A stretch of 63,318 nucleotides of DNA, counting the filler, from Chiloscyllium plagiosum (taxonomy: Eukaryota), in NCBI RefSeq assembly GCF_004010195.1. It is 4 parts of one record of this genome, joined end to end, with 100 filler letters (N's around TTAATTAATTAA, not from the genome) between each part and the next. Parts side by side here need not be neighbours in the genome. Positions count along the whole stretch, not along the records: positions 29,871 to 59,970 come from NC_057716.1; 3 more parts are not named here. One strand, 5' to 3'. A program made the translations under genes and the position numbers. Positions 36,570-49,606 of the stretch are shown one piece after another. The notes under the pieces were generated by a model that was not told the DNA's origin, ran no database searches, and saw nothing but the letters and a program-made list of their open reading frames with translations. The first letter of the stretch is position 1; each line of letters starts with the position of its first letter.

Positions 36570-39500
36570 TGAGAGGCACGGTGGCTCAGTGGTTAGTGCT
36601 GCTGCCTCACAGCATCAGGGTCCCAGGTTTGATTCCAACCTCAGGCGACTGTCTGTGTGGAGTTTGCACATTCTCCCCGTGTCTGTGTGGGTTTCCTCCG
36701 GGTGCTCCGGTTTCCTCTCACAGTCTAAAGTTGTGCAGATCAGGTGAATTGGCCATGCTAAATTGCCCGTAGTGTTAGGTGCATTAGTCAGAGGAAAATG
36801 GGCCTGGGTGGGTTACTCTTTGGAGGATCGGTGTGGACTGGTTGGGCCGAAGAGCCTGTTTCCACACTGTAGGGAATCTAATCTACGCTAATCTGATCTG
36901 TGGACTTCACTCCCCCAGAGTGCGGTGGATGCTGGGACATTGAGTCAATTCAAGGAGGAGATAGTTTTTTTTTTAGTTAGAAATGGGTTATGGGGAGCAG
37001 GCAGGAAAGTAGAGTTGAGGCTGAGGTGAGATGAGCCATGACCATGTTAAATGGAGAGGCTGAATGGCCTCTTCCTGCTCACAGTTCTAATGTTGCAGAG
37101 CCGACAAAATACTCTCTGACTGATTCCTAGAATCCCTACACTGTGGAAACAGGCCCTTCGGCCCAACAAGTCCACACTGACCTTCCAAAGAGTAACTCTC
37201 TCAGACCCATTCCCCCCTACCCTATATTTATTCCTGACTAAGACACCTAACCTAAACATTATCCCCGAACACTATGGGACAATTTCACATGCCCAGTTCA
37301 CCCTAACCTGCACATCTTTGGACAGTGGGAGGAAACTGGAGCACCCGGAGGAAACCAACGCAGACACTGGGAGAACGTGCAAATTCCACACAGACAGTCA
37401 TAGAGATGTACAGCATGGAAACAGACCCTTCGGTCCAACCTGTCCATGCCGACCAGATATCCCAACCCAATCTAGTTCCACCTGCCAGCACCTGGCCCAT
37501 ATCCCTCCAAACCCTTCCTATTCATATACCCATCCAAATGCCTCTTAAATGTTGCAATTGTACCAGCCACCACCNNNNNNNNNNNNNNNNNNNNNNNNNN
37601 NNNNNNNNNNNNNNNNNNNNNNNNNNNNNNNNNNNNNNNNNNNNNNNNNNNNNNNNNNNNNNNNNNNNNNNNNNNNNNNNNNNNNNNNNNNNNNNNNNNN
37701 NNNNNNNNNNNNNNNNNNNNNNNNNNNNNNNNNNNNNNNNNNNNNNNNNNNNNNNNNNNNNNNNNNNNNNNNNNNNNNNNNNNNNNNNNNNNNNNNNNNN
37801 NNNNNNNNNNNNNNNNNNNNNNNNNNNNNNNNNNNNNNNNNNNNNNNNNNNNNNNNNNNNNNNNNNNNNNNNNNNNNNNNNNNNNNNNNNNNNNNNNNNN
37901 NNNNNNNNNNNNNNNNNNNNNNNNNNNNNNNNNNNNNNNNNNNNNNNNNNNNNNNNNNNNNNNNNNNNNNNNNNNNNNNNNNNNNNNNNNNNNNNNNNNN
38001 NNNNNNNNNNNNNNNNNNNNNNNNNNNNNNNNNNNNNNNNNNNNNNNNNNNNNNNNNNNNNNNNNNNNNNNNNNNNNNNNNAACCCTCCACCACCACCCT
38101 CTGTCTTCTACCTTTGAGCCAGTTCTGTATCCAAATGGCTAGTTCTCCCTGTATTCCATGAGATCTAACCTTGCTAATCAGTCTCCCATAGGGAACCTTG
38201 TCGAATGCCTTACTGAAGTCAATATAGATCACATCTACCACTCTGTCCTCATCAATCCTCTTTGTTACTTCCTCAAAAAACTCAAATCAAGTTTATGAGA
38301 CATGATTTCCAAAGCACAAAGCCATGTTGACTATCCCTAATCAGTCCTTGCCTTTCCAAATACATGTACATCCTGTCCCTCAGGATTCTCTCCAACAACT
38401 TCCCCACCACCAAGGTCAGGCTCACTGGTCTATAGTTCCCTGGCTTGTCCTTCCCGCCCTTTTTAAACAGTGGCACCACGTTAGCTAACCTCCAGTCTTC
38501 CGGCACCTCACCAGCGACTATCAATAACAGAAATATCTCAGCAAGAGGCCCAGCAATCACTTCTCTAGCTTCCCACAGATTTCTAGGATATACCTGAGGC
38601 TGGAATCCTTACAGGACGGGTCCCTGGTACTGTGAGGGAGCAGTGCTAACCACTGAGCGACCGTGCTGCCCTGTGGAATGAGGTGTGAGCTGTTACATAG
38701 AACTCCAGCAGGAGCTGTGTTTACAGCACAATCCCCACACATGCAGTCCACACTGACCTTCCAAAGAGTAACATTCACAGACCCATTTCCCCTACCCTAT
38801 AGTTACTCCTGACTAATACACCTAACCTACACATCCCTGAACACTATGGGACAATTTAGCATGGCCTGTTCACCCTAACCTGCAAATCTTTGGACTGAGT
38901 GGAACTCGGAGCATCCGGAGGAAAGCCACGCAGGCACAGGGAGAATGTGGTAAGTCCACACAGACAGTCGCCTGAGGCTGGAATCGAACCTGGGTCCCTT
39001 GCACTGTGAGGCAGCAGTGCTAACCATTGAGCCACCGTGCCGCCCCACTTGGGAGGTCAAGTCTAAAAGAACAGTTAGTCCTTTCAGGTGTGAACTTAGA
39101 AAATGCTTTGTCACAAAGTATGGTTAAAGGTTGGAATTCTCGTCTGCAAATGACAATTGAATATTAACCTTTAACCTAAATTGAATGGTTCTTTGCTAAG
39201 GAAAGCATTGAGGGAAGTGGAGTTAGTTGCAGATCAACTATGCTCCAATTGAATGGTTCCTGGGGCTAACTGGTTTGGTCCAGTTGCTATCCTGGTAATG
39301 GTGTAGGCATCTTGCAGTGTCCTAGTGGTATTCAGGTAGCCTGGAGATCCAGAAACCCAGCTGTGGGAATGGACAAGTGTTACTGCAGCAGGAATTAAAT
39401 TGTTCTTGAGGTTTTGTTAAGTGTAGTGTGGGAGGTGTGGGATAACCACCCCCCTCCAGAATAAGGACCTTCCATGCAGATGGTTTAACATATCAACTGA

Positions 39501-39905
39501 AAGATGCCATATCAGAAACATGAGAGGAAACTGGGAGGGAAGTGAGTACTGTGTAGCCAGCACTGGAGCATGCACAGTGGTGTTAGCACTGCTGCCTCAC
39601 GGCATCAAGGACCCGAGCTCAATTCCAGCCTCTGGCAACTGTCTGTGTGGAGTTTGCACGTTCTCCCCGTGTCTGTGTGCTCCAGTTTCCTTCCACAATC
39701 TAAGGATGTGCAGGTTAGGTGAATTGGCCATGCTAAATTGCTCATAGTGTCCAGGGATATAACGATTAGGTGCATTAGTCAGGGATAAATGTAGAGCAAT
39801 ATTTTAGGGAATAGGTCTGGGTGGGATTCTCTTCAGAGGGTCGGTGTGGACTCGTTGGGTGAAATGGCCTATTTTCACACCATAAGGGATTCTATGAACT
39901 CTATG
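36570..39905. mobile_element. SINE/CR1 cluster in the last CTDSP1 intron: HE1 (+) 36570-36890; HE1 (-) ~37126-37396 and 38596-38670 split by CR1 (-) 37397-38595; HE1 (-) ~38745-39047; HE1 (+) ~39572-39905
   Basis: tRNA-like heads (ggcacggtggctcagtggttag). CR1 RT motifs YIDFSKAFDKVP and NYRPVSLT. Confidence 0.85.
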
Positions 39906-40406
39906 AGCACAGCTGCTAAGGGGCTGAATGGCCTCTGACAGACAGCAGGCTCTGTGATTCACTAACACAGCAGTGGGAAAAGAGGGGAGGAGGGGGTTGA
40001 GGGATGTAGGAAGACAGTGAGGGGAGGGGCTGAGAGTCCAGGCAGGGGGAGCAATGTCTGTGGATGTGGGTAAAAGACCTTTGACTTGGAGGAATTTTAA
40101 AGTGTTCTGGAAAGGAAATGAAGGTGATATTAGGAATGTGGTGGAGACAGGTTCCTTTGAAGCACTGGGATGTTTATTTTAGAATGTCGAGCCATCCAGG
40201 GATATGAGGAAAATGTTGGAGATTGGTATGAGGGAACGGGGCCAGTACAGGCACATTGGGCTGAAGCATCACTTCCTGGAGGGAACTATCTAATAACGTA
40301 GTCTTCTTCTGTATATAATCTCGAATTTGGAAGTATCGAAAGAGGTCTCCATTGGGTAATCCGAATTTCGAGTGGGAGTTTCTAACAAAGCGTTTGCTCC
40401 TTCCAG

Positions 40407-40532
40407 GTTCCCATTGCCTCTTGGTTTGATGACATGTCTGACACCGAATTGCTGGATCTCATCCCTTTCTTCGAGAGACTGTCGAAGGAAGAGGACATTT
40501 TCACATTGCTGCAGGAACACCAATCGAGGTAG
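40407..40532 (+). CDS. CTDSP1: CTDSP1 terminal coding exon
   Basis: Acceptor ctccttccag. Encodes [41 protein letters not shown], with TAG at 40530-40532. Not in the ORF track because there is no start codon in this frame. Confidence 0.95.
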   Translation, partial: VPIASWFDDMSDTELLDLIPFFERLSKEEDIFTLLQEHQSR

Positions 40533-40661
40533 CACTGAGCGAGGCCCTGAATGGACAAACCTCGATCTTCCTGCTTCCTCACCAACACGCTCCCCTACCC
40601 TCGCTGATGGGGAGGTGGGGAGCAACTCCGCTCTGGGCGAAGCCATGACTCCTCTCACCCT

Positions 40662-40670
40662 GCGTGCCTT
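40662..40670 (+). promoter_or_regulatory. miR-124-3p 7mer-m8 site with extended pairing
   Basis: GCGTGCCTT pairs miR-124 nt 2-10, 130 nt after the stop codon. Confidence 0.6.
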
Positions 40671-40739
40671 TCCTTCATCGAGAGGGAGAATAGCAAATAC
40701 GTGAGCACTGCTCACCCAAACAGCGCGGGGGGGAAGAGA

Positions 40740-40965
40740 CGCACACATAGGCACACTGCGCGCACAGGCACACCACACACACAGGCACCACGCGCGCGCA
40801 CGCACCGCGCACACCACGCACATGCATACCACACACACAGGTGCATGCGCACACACAGGCACACGTGTGCACACAGGCAGACACTCTCAGACACACACGC
40901 ACGCACGCACACAGGCAGCCACGCACAGGTGCATGGGCGTGCGCGCACACACACACACACACACC
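40740..40965. repeat. Compound (CA)/(CG) alternating purine-pyrimidine microsatellite in the 3' UTR
   Basis: Direct inspection. Confidence 0.9.
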
Positions 40966-42899
40966 AACTGTTTGCAACCCCCCTCCCCTCTGCACAGCAC
41001 TTAGAAATACACATACAGAAATCAGGACTGGCTCCTGCCGCACTTGGCCACGTTCTCTTCTACACTGTATTTCCATCGATTGGAACCGGGGGAGTGGGTG
41101 CTGTGTCTGAATGGGTTTCAGTTTGGGGAGTGCGATATCAGGCAATCATCTCCATTGGTGTGACCATTGTTCTCTCCTGTTCTCTCACTCCTTCCTCGAA
41201 CCTCCTTACTGGGGATAGAAGGTCAACCGCAATGCCTTCTACAGCTGATCAGCCGGCCATGCCAGTGAGCTGGGGGCTGTGTGGGATGATTGATTACAGA
41301 GTGAAAGTTGTTAAATCATTAGAAAGATTTCCCTTGACATAAAAGAACCTGGAGAGAAGGGCAGGCCAGTTGAGCTAAAGGTAGATGTGTGAAGTGGTGT
41401 TTGATACAGAGATGGGAGATGGTGGGAGGAGACGACAGGCCTGGAGATTGTGGGGGGATGGGGATGGGGAACAGTGGCAAGGTTAAAGGGATGGAGTGAG
41501 TCTGGTGTTTTGGTGTGTCAGGTCTGAGGGGCCGAGTCCTGGGATTAGCACTGTGACTAATATTCAGGCTGCTTTCCGCCGGGATTAAACTCCGTGATTC
41601 CGTTTTTTAAACATTTGAACAATTAAATGCCCTGGCAGCTGTTTTTTTTAGTATCCCAGTCTGACAGCCTGTTAGAAACAGAAACTCAGGAACTCCCTTC
41701 CAATTGGAACACATTGTTGGGACAGCGGGGGATTTAAATAAAAACTCACTGGTGAAGTTAAGAAGTTTGTTCTCTCCTCTCGAAACCATCTTGACCCACA
41801 TTGGAGTAAACGAGAGCTCCTTCGGTGCTGCTGTTCGGCTGTGGTAGGAATCACAGTCAGACTTTTCCTGCTAGCAGGCCGTCATGGCTTTAACTGGGTC
41901 GGGGTGTGGGGGTGGGGGGAGGTTAGGCAGCTAAACATTCCACTGCCCCCTCACCCACCCCCCTCAACTTGGGGCAGTGAGGGTCACGATATACCTTCCC
42001 ACAATACCCCAGCTCTGTCACGCAGATGCACCATGCCTCCCCATCCCAGACAGGGGCCTACACTAGCCTGCTTTACTGCCTCAGTGTGATAATTAAACAG
42101 CTCAGCCTCTGAACTGGCCATACATACCAGCAAGAGCAACAGGTTACCGACTCTCACCAGGTTAAAGGACCCTTTCCCTTCACCTCTCTGTACATTGTAC
42201 CGCTATGCACCATACTGAGGGATGTACAGGACAGAGACAGGCCATTCGGCCTGCATGATGCATCGTGTTTCTGCTCCTACTCTCCTGAGCTTCTACACTA
42301 CCCCCAGCACCCACACCCCTCGCCCTATCATGCTATCTCTCTGTGTCTCTCCCTCTGTTTATTCAGACTCCCCTTGAAGTGATCGCCAACTTCCACTCCC
42401 TACTCTCCCCACTCCCCGAGACAGAGCTCCCCCTGCCCAGACAAACCCCTCCCCCTCCCCCGAGGGAAGACGGTTTTCCTGAAATCCCAATGGGATTTTT
42501 TGGGCTTTATCCTGGGGGCCCATGTAGTGGTGTTCTTGGTGTGGCTCAGCCTGGGTGCTGATCGCCCACTGAAGCCAGCACACAGTGCTCAGGGGGAGTG
42601 GGATACACCACATGGTTACTCTGCTGTTTCTGACACCCCCACTGTGCAGTTTGACACTGCGCACAATTATCACCAGTTTAAACAATTTTATTTAATCAGT
42701 GCAATTTCGTTAAACTGATAAATTACTGATTTACTTTGTTTGTTTATAGTTCAATTTAACTTAATTGTTTATAACATAAAATGATTAAGTGGGTGATAGT
42801 GAATTTATTGTAACCCCCTCGGGAATAAACAGGGCCCAATCTGTCAGGGCGGTGGAGGCTGGGTGAGGGTCATGTTGAGGGATGACCTGACTGGGAACA

Positions 42900-43190
42900 C
42901 GCTCGCTCTCTCGCTTGCTCGCTCTCTCTCTCTCTCTCTCTCTCTCGCTCGCGCGCTCTCTCGCTCTCTGTCTCTCCCATCCACCTCCTCTCTCTCTCTC
43001 CTTCCCTGTCTTCTCTCTTTCTCCTTGCCCCTTCTCTCTCCCGCTTCGCTCTCTCATTTCTCCATCCCCCCACCTTCTCTTCCCCTTCCATCTGCCTGCT
43101 CCCACCTAGTGTTTTTCCTGCCGCCTTACCCCATCCTCCTCCCTCTGTTGCACACACACACACACAAACACACACCCCACACACACCCCA
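42900..43190. repeat. (CT)n-rich tract followed by (CA)n in the 3' UTR
   Basis: Direct inspection. Confidence 0.9.
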
Positions 43191-44515
43191 GTCCCTCAGG
43201 GAGTTAAATCTCCACACTTTCAGAAGCAGCTTCCCATTCTCCTCAGTGAAAGCCCCCCGAGCTGTGGTCATGGCTGTGTGTGTGTGCCAGTCATTCCCCT
43301 CTCCTCCCACAGACCGCCCGGGAAACGTTGGGGGGTGGAGGTCATCCTGATCTCGATGGGGCGATGCCCCACCTGGTTGAATATCTGTGCACTCCCACTG
43401 CAGATCCATGAGCTCTTAGAGGGACGGAGCAGAGAGGGGAAGGATGGTGGGTGTTTGGTATCGGCTGGCCTGACCATAAGGCCCTGGGTTGAGGATGTTA
43501 GGTGGGAGGGTTGCTCATCCTCCCCCAGGGTCACCGCAGGAAGGACGGGGGGTGGGGATGGAAGCTGCTTTGTGTCCTAAGCACACAGCGGTCTTGAGGG
43601 AGCTCTGATAGATCTCCCTCCCCACCCCTCCCCCCCTCGGCAGCTGTTCCTTGGGCACCCTCTGTCCGGTGTCTGGGGTGGTGGGGGACAGCTGAAATAC
43701 TAGGCAGCTAACACACTGTGGTGTGTAACAAACATAAGGAGGATCTCAGTCATGGTCACGCAGGCTGAGTTTAGAATTTTTGCAGAAACTGTGATTTACT
43801 TTGAGGCAGGTCAGTGACATGGAGGGATGGCTGTGGTGGGGGGGGAGGGGGGAATGCTGTTCTGAAGGTGTCCTCATACAACGGCTGTCTGTACAGATTC
43901 TGGGGGTGGGGTGGGGAATGTAAAGATTCCCGACGGCGGGAGAATTGGATGGGGTCAGTGGCACCCATTACCCCTCAGGGCAGCCCTTCAAAAGGGTGAA
44001 TCCAGCGCTCTCAGTCTCAGGCTTGTGATGTGATGCCCATCACGGTGGAATAGCCTGCTGACACTCCACCGCTGGGTGGCCTCAGGAGGAGGGTGACAGC
44101 TGTTTAGCCTGCCAGGAGATGACACTTGCCTGAGTGGTGGGGCGGAAGTTAAGTGATTGGTTCAAGGAGCTCTGTCAACCTGACAGGAGCAAGAGTCTCA
44201 ATGTCATGTGGCAAGGTCCCTCCATCACACACCCATCGCCTACCTAAACAACACCAGCCTACATTCAGAGCTCCCCAGGTCCTGGGCCACCCCAACACCC
44301 AACTTGCTTCCAGTTGACACTGAGCTGAGAGTTTAGGATTTGCCGCCACCGTCCCCCTTGAGCAGGGTGTGTGTGATGCAGGCTGCAGTGTGTATGGGGT
44401 AGAGAGAGAGAGAGAGAGAAGGGCCCAATTAAGATCCCTTTGGGTTAAGCCCAACTGTAATTCCAGCTGCCTCCACCTGAGAGCAGTGTAGAGCTAATCT
44501 TGCCTTGAAATAGAT

Positions 44516-44524
44516 CGTGCCTTA
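44516..44524 (+). promoter_or_regulatory. miR-124-3p 8mer target site
   Basis: CGTGCCTTA is the reverse complement of miR-124 nt 1-9 (UAAGGCACG) in an AU-rich context. SCP1/CTDSP1 is an established miR-124 target. Confidence 0.7.
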
Positions 44525-44730
44525 TATGTAAATGTAATTAAAGATTTTAATACTTTGGAAAATGGGAGTTGGTATATAATATTTTTGTGCCTATTTTTAT
44601 ATGTGATGCTCTGTGACTGGGAGGTGGTTTGTACAGAGTGGGGTTTGAGCCTACAACAGCTGCCCATATGGGGAGATGTGTCATCACTGAGTGAAACTAT
44701 CTTGCCCACTCTCTTGTTGATTCTTCTGAA

Positions 44731-44795
44731 AGTAAAACAAAAAAGATGTCTTTACAACATTTTGAGTCTGATTTGTGTCCGTGTGTGCATGTTTT
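44731..44795 (+). terminator. Candidate distal poly(A) site (AGTAAA plus downstream GU-rich element)
   Basis: AGTAAA, a CA dinucleotide ~20 nt later, then TTTTGAGTCTGATTTGTGTCCGTGTGTGCATGTTTT. SINEs resume immediately after. Confidence 0.5.
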
Positions 44796-44844
44796 GGAAT
44801 TACGGATTAGTAGGGAGGATGGTGCATGACACAGGGGCTGAGAA

Positions 44845-45440
44845 TATTAGATTAGATTAGATTACTTAGTGTGGAAACAGGCCCTTCGACCCAACAAGTC
44901 CACACCGACCCTCCGAAGAGCAACCCACCCAGACCCATTCCCCTACATTTACCCCTACACCTAACACTACGGGCAATTTAGCACGGCCAATTCACTTAAT
45001 CTGCACATTTTTGGACTGTGGGAGGAAACCGGAGCACCCGGAGGAAACCCACACAGACACGGGGAGAATGTGCATGTGAGATCTTTTCAACTTAGGTCCC
45101 AACGCTGGAAAGCAGAAAATTAAACCTCTTGTTTTTAAGATATTTTGTGATCTAAAATGAAAACTTGACTGGTTTGTCCATGAATGGGGTGGCATGGTAG
45201 CTCAGTGTTTAGCACTGCTGCCTCAGCGCCAGGGACTGAGGTTCGATTCCCACATCGGGGCAACTGTCTGTGTGGAGTTTGCACATTCTCTCCGTGCTGA
45301 ATTGCCCATCATGTCCAGGGATGTGTAGGCTAGGTGCATTAGTCTGGGGTAAATGTAGAGTATTCGGGAAATGGGTCTGGGTGGGTTGGTGTGGACTTGT
45401 TGGGCCGAAGGGCCTGTTTTCACACTAGGGATTCTATGAT
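44845..45440. mobile_element. Two oppositely oriented HE1-type SINE pieces (- ~44845-45075; + ~45186-45440)
   Basis: Similar to 3279-3592. Confidence 0.8.
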
Positions 45441-45874
45441 CCTAAGAAGGAAGCTTGTCCACCCACCAGTCAGCCTGCAGGTGACTCCTGTCCTGTCGTT
45501 AACTAATTGGCAAAAGAAAGGCAATAAGCTCACCTTCTCAATTTTGCCCGTAGCTGAGAATTGATTCCGAAAAAATCTGGCCTTTGCTTTGCGAAGCCAC
45601 TCAAGTCAAAGGACAAATGTATGTTTTTCTAGCTCCTTTTCCAACCTCAGGACCCAAAATGCTTTGCAGCCAGTGAAGTCATTTTGAAGTGGATGAGATA
45701 GGGCAACTAATGTGTGCACAGCAAGCTCCCACAAGCAGCAGTGTGTCCATCATGGAATGGTTACATCTCAAAAGGAGATCATTCATCCCCTTGTGTCTGT
45801 GCTGGCTCTCTGAGGGCCTGGTGAAGTTGAGGATTGCTGAAACGTGGACTGCAGCAGTTCAAGATGGCAGATCA

Positions 45875-45888
45875 CTGCCACCTGGTGG
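45875..45888 (-). promoter_or_regulatory. Candidate CTCF core motif
   Basis: Minus strand CCACCAGGTGGCAG matches the CTCF core consensus, ~1.1 kb past the predicted CTDSP1 3' end. Confidence 0.55.
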
Positions 45889-47329
45889 TGTGGAGGTGCC
45901 AGTGTTGGCCTGGGGTGGACCAGATCAGAAGTCACAGGACACCAGGTTATAGTGCATCAGCTTTCGGAGCACTGCCCCTTCATCAGGAGAAGTCAGGTGG
46001 AAAAGAGGCAGTGCTGCAAAAGCTTGTGATTTCAAATAAACCAGTTGGACTATAACCTGGTGTCATGTGACTGCTGACCTCTCGAGGACAACTAGGAATG
46101 GACAATAAATGCTTTCCCAGCACTGACACATCCACGTCCCATGAGGGAATTTAAAAAATGAAGTGGACAGAGGGACCTGTTTCCTTGGAGAAGACACATT
46201 CGGGATTTGATTGAGACCGGCAGATGTACAGGGTGGAGAATTTTCCTCTTCAAACAATCGTTCAATTCCTTTTGAAAGCCACAATTAACCCAATCTTCAC
46301 TCTTCTCTCAAGGCAATGCGTTCCAGATCCTGTCTGTTCATTTCAATAAAAACAAAATAAAAAGCTCACGGATGCTTGTAATCCAAAATAAAGCCAGAAG
46401 GTGCTGGAAAAACTCAGCAGGTCTGGCAGCATCTGTAGAGAGAGAGAAACAAGAGTTAATGTTTCGACTCTGGTATGACCCATCTTTGGAACTCACTGCT
46501 TGAAAAAGAAAAGACTTATCCTGTTATCTCCTTGTTGCTTCTTTCAGTCTGTGACCTCTTATTAGTGGGAATAGTTTCTCCTCTGACCAAACGCCAACCT
46601 TCTCATCTCTGAGGAGAACAATTTAAAATTCTTTGATGTATCCACCTCGCTAAAGTTCCTCCAGTACAACTCTGTTTCAGAACACAGGCCTGAAATGTTA
46701 ACTCTGTTTCCTGGGCACTGCCAGACTTACCGGGTTTCTCTAGCACTTTGTTTTTTTTATTTCTAAATCTCTCTCAGCTTTCTTAACCCCTTTCTTTACC
46801 TGTTCTGCTGCCCATGATGGTTTGTGCACATACATCCTCCTGGTTTGGATTCTCAAAAAGTAACAGTCAAGTCACCACAGTCCAAGAAGACCACTCTTCC
46901 ATTACAGAGAGTTGCTGGGTAATATTTTAACCCTGAGAGCTGCCTTCTCCTATTAGACAGTCAGGCGACATGGTTGTGTTGCCGTAGTCTTACCAGACGG
47001 TAGGGGCTGCTCTCTCATTACAGAGAAGCAACTGGTGGTGATTTAACCTGAAGGTTATCAGACCTCCTTTGGTGAAGGAAGAGGTTGAGAAGGAGAGCCC
47101 TTCAAGGTAACCTCAAACCAGTGATGGGAATTGAACCCACATTGTTGCTGGTTTAATGTGAGGGTTGTCACACTTCAGGAGAGGGTGGAGGATGAGAAGG
47201 AAAATCCTTTGTGGTAACCTCAGTCAGAGAGTCATATAGCACAGAAACAGATCCTTCGGTTCAACTAGTCTACACCAGCCATAATCCCAATCTAGACTAG
47301 TCCCACCTGCCTGCATTTGACCCATATCC

Positions 47330-47650
47330 ATCCTAGGACAGGCTAAACAGAGACGCGCATGAGAATTCCTGGAGGCCTGGCTTTCCAACTGGAACTCCAT
47401 CAATAAACGCATTGATTTGGACCCCTTTTACCAACCTCTGAGAAAAAGACCGGAAATGATGTCACCCACCACAACAGACCAAGACACATAAATAGAAAGC
47501 GGGACATAACACCAGCCCTTCACTGGAGGCTCACTGATGATGTTACCTAGCATGGTGATGAAATGTCTGAGAACAAACCCACTAGCTCAGCGAGCAAGCT
47601 TACAACCTGAACCTGAACCTCAACCTGAGCTACAAATCTTTTCAAAAATC
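47330..47650 (+). mobile_element. Penelope-like 3' fragment (family C)
   Basis: Homologous to 53123-53465 and contains the hammerhead at 47530. Confidence 0.75.
47530..47571 (+). ncRNA. Minimal hammerhead motif (family C), CpG-decayed
   Basis: CTCA-CTGATGA-T-GTTACC-tagcat-GGTGAT-GAA-ATGT-C^TGAG, with stem I CTCA/TGAG. The sister copy at 53351-53386 keeps GGTAAC-GAAACGTC. Confidence 0.72.
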
Positions 47651-48921
47651 GTGATGTCGCAGGATCTTTCACATCCACGGGAGCACCTCAGCTTTGCTCC
47701 TGGTGTTGCGGGTGAAACCTCTGGCAGCTCAGCGCTCCCTCAACACTGCACTGCGAGCATCGGCTTAGATTCAGGCCTTTTGGGAGGGGAGGGCAGGGGG
47801 TTCTAGGACGCGAGAGTGTTGCTCCCTGTGTCACACCTCCTGTTTCCTGGCATGCTGTAGGAATGAAATGTGTGCCTCTAGGTCACTGTTGTGAGCAAAA
47901 CTCAGAAAATCCTGGGGGCCTACAAAGCACTCGGGGGGAGAATTTAGCACAAAATTGTTTACACCCTCTCGGTATTTTTGAGATCTGAACCATTCAATCA
48001 GGTCAAAAGTTCTGTTGTTTTCAAGTTGGATGGTGAGAAACTGGGGGGGATAGACTAGTCAAGGAACTGAAGATGTTTGGAAGCAGGAGATATGGGGATT
48101 TTTTTTAATGCATTCACGGGATGAGGGTATTATTGCTCATCCCTAATTGCCCAGAGGGCAGTTAGGAGTCAACCACATTGCTCTGGGTTTGGAATCACAA
48201 GTAGACCAGGTCAGGATAGCAGTTTCCCTCCCTGAAGGTGTATCAGTGAACCAGATCGGTTTTTCCCCTGACAATCAGCAATGGGTTCATGGTCATCAGT
48301 TGGCTCTTAATTCCAGATTCTGTTTGTTTTTAGTGAATTCAAATTCCACCATCTGCTGTGGTGGGATTTGAACATGGGTTCCCCAGAACATTCCCTGGAT
48401 CTTTGGATTAACATTACAGCAATAATACCACTAGACCATTGCCTGTTGTGGTGTTGAGAGTGCAATGGTGAAGTGATATTGTTCCTGGGCTAATAATCCA
48501 GAACCATAGGCTATTGTCCAATGTCAAAAACCCTCATAACATTCAAGAAGAATGGACTTGAGGGGCTGAACGGCCTGATTTACTTTCTATGTATGTGGAT
48601 GTGCATTTGTGATGCCAAGATATACAAGGCTGTGGGCCAAGTGCTGGAAATTGGGATTGGAAGAGTTTGGTGGTTGTTTTAGCTGGTGCAGACTCAATGG
48701 ATCTGTGCTGTAGATCTCTATGACTATGCCTAATGAATGTTCTAGGGGCATGGGTTCATTATGGGAGCTGATGAAAATTGAATTCAATAAGAGTTACCAT
48801 GTGATGGCCACGTAAACACTATCAATTACAATTGTTGTAAAAACTAGTTCACTAACATCCATTAAGGAAAGAAATCTGCTGTCCTTACCTGGTCTGGCCT
48901 ACACGTAACTCCAGGAGATAG

Positions 48922-49132
48922 TGAGGACTGCAGATGCTGGAAATCAGAATCAAAAAGTGTGGTGCTGGAAAAGCACAGCCGGTCAGGCAGCATCCGAGGA
49001 GCAGGAGAATCAACATTTTGAGCATAAGCTCTTCATCGGGAATGTCATTATGCTTGAAACACTGACTCTCCTGTTCCTCGGATGCTGCCTGACCGGCTGT
49101 GCTTTTCCAGCAACACACTTTTTGACTCTGAC
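48922..49132. repeat. Inverted pair of family-B Penelope-type termini inserted in a SINE
   Basis: tcaaaaagtgtggtgctggaaaagcacagccggtcaggcagcatccgagga is mirrored by tcctcggatgctgcctgaccggctgtgcttttccagcaacacactttttga. ctacacgtaactccag is duplicated on the two flanks. Confidence 0.85.
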
Positions 49133-49606
49133 TACACGTAACTCCAGACCCACAGCAATGATGTTGACTCTTAACTGCCCTGGGGGCTAAGGCTGGGTAA
49201 TAAATGCTCATCCAGCCAGTGATGCCCACACCTTACAAATTTGAAACTCACCCATGAGATGGCTCTCTTCTACCTCACCTTGAGTCCTGACCCACTCGTA
49301 CCTCTGTGCTCTTTAACTGGCACTGGCTCACTTTTTTTAAAATTAAAAATTCTCATCCTTTTCAAAACCCACCCATGGCATCCCTCTCCTCTATCTCCAT
49401 GATCTCCTCTATTCCCAATGACTCAGTGAGGTCTCGGCCTACTCTTGCCCATCCCTAATTTTCCATCAGTGGTACCCATGCCTATAGCTTCCTGGGCCCT
49501 GAGAGCAGGCATTCCCTCCCTGCATCCTTTCCTACTTTAAGACCATCTTAAGACCTTCCTATCTGACCAAGCTTGCAGTTCACCAGACCCTTGTATTTAT
49601 CACCCA

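Larger units (their letters stand above)
40533..44760 (+). other. CTDSP1: Probable long CTDSP1 3' UTR
   Basis: A ~4.2-kb stretch with no recognised TE in an otherwise TE-saturated window. It ends in an AT-rich block with AGTAAA (44731-44736) followed by a GT-rich tract. Earlier AATAAA hexamers occur at 41737 and 42824. Confidence 0.65.

Noticed and set aside
36570..36645. tRNA-like A/B-box sequence
   Set aside because: It is the head of a multi-copy HE1-type SINE and continues into the SINE body.
40290..41342. Overlapping long ORFs rich in C/V/H/T (also 42785-43409 and 59572-60365)
   Set aside because: They arise from (CA)n and (CT)n low-complexity tracts. The real coding part is only 40407-40532.
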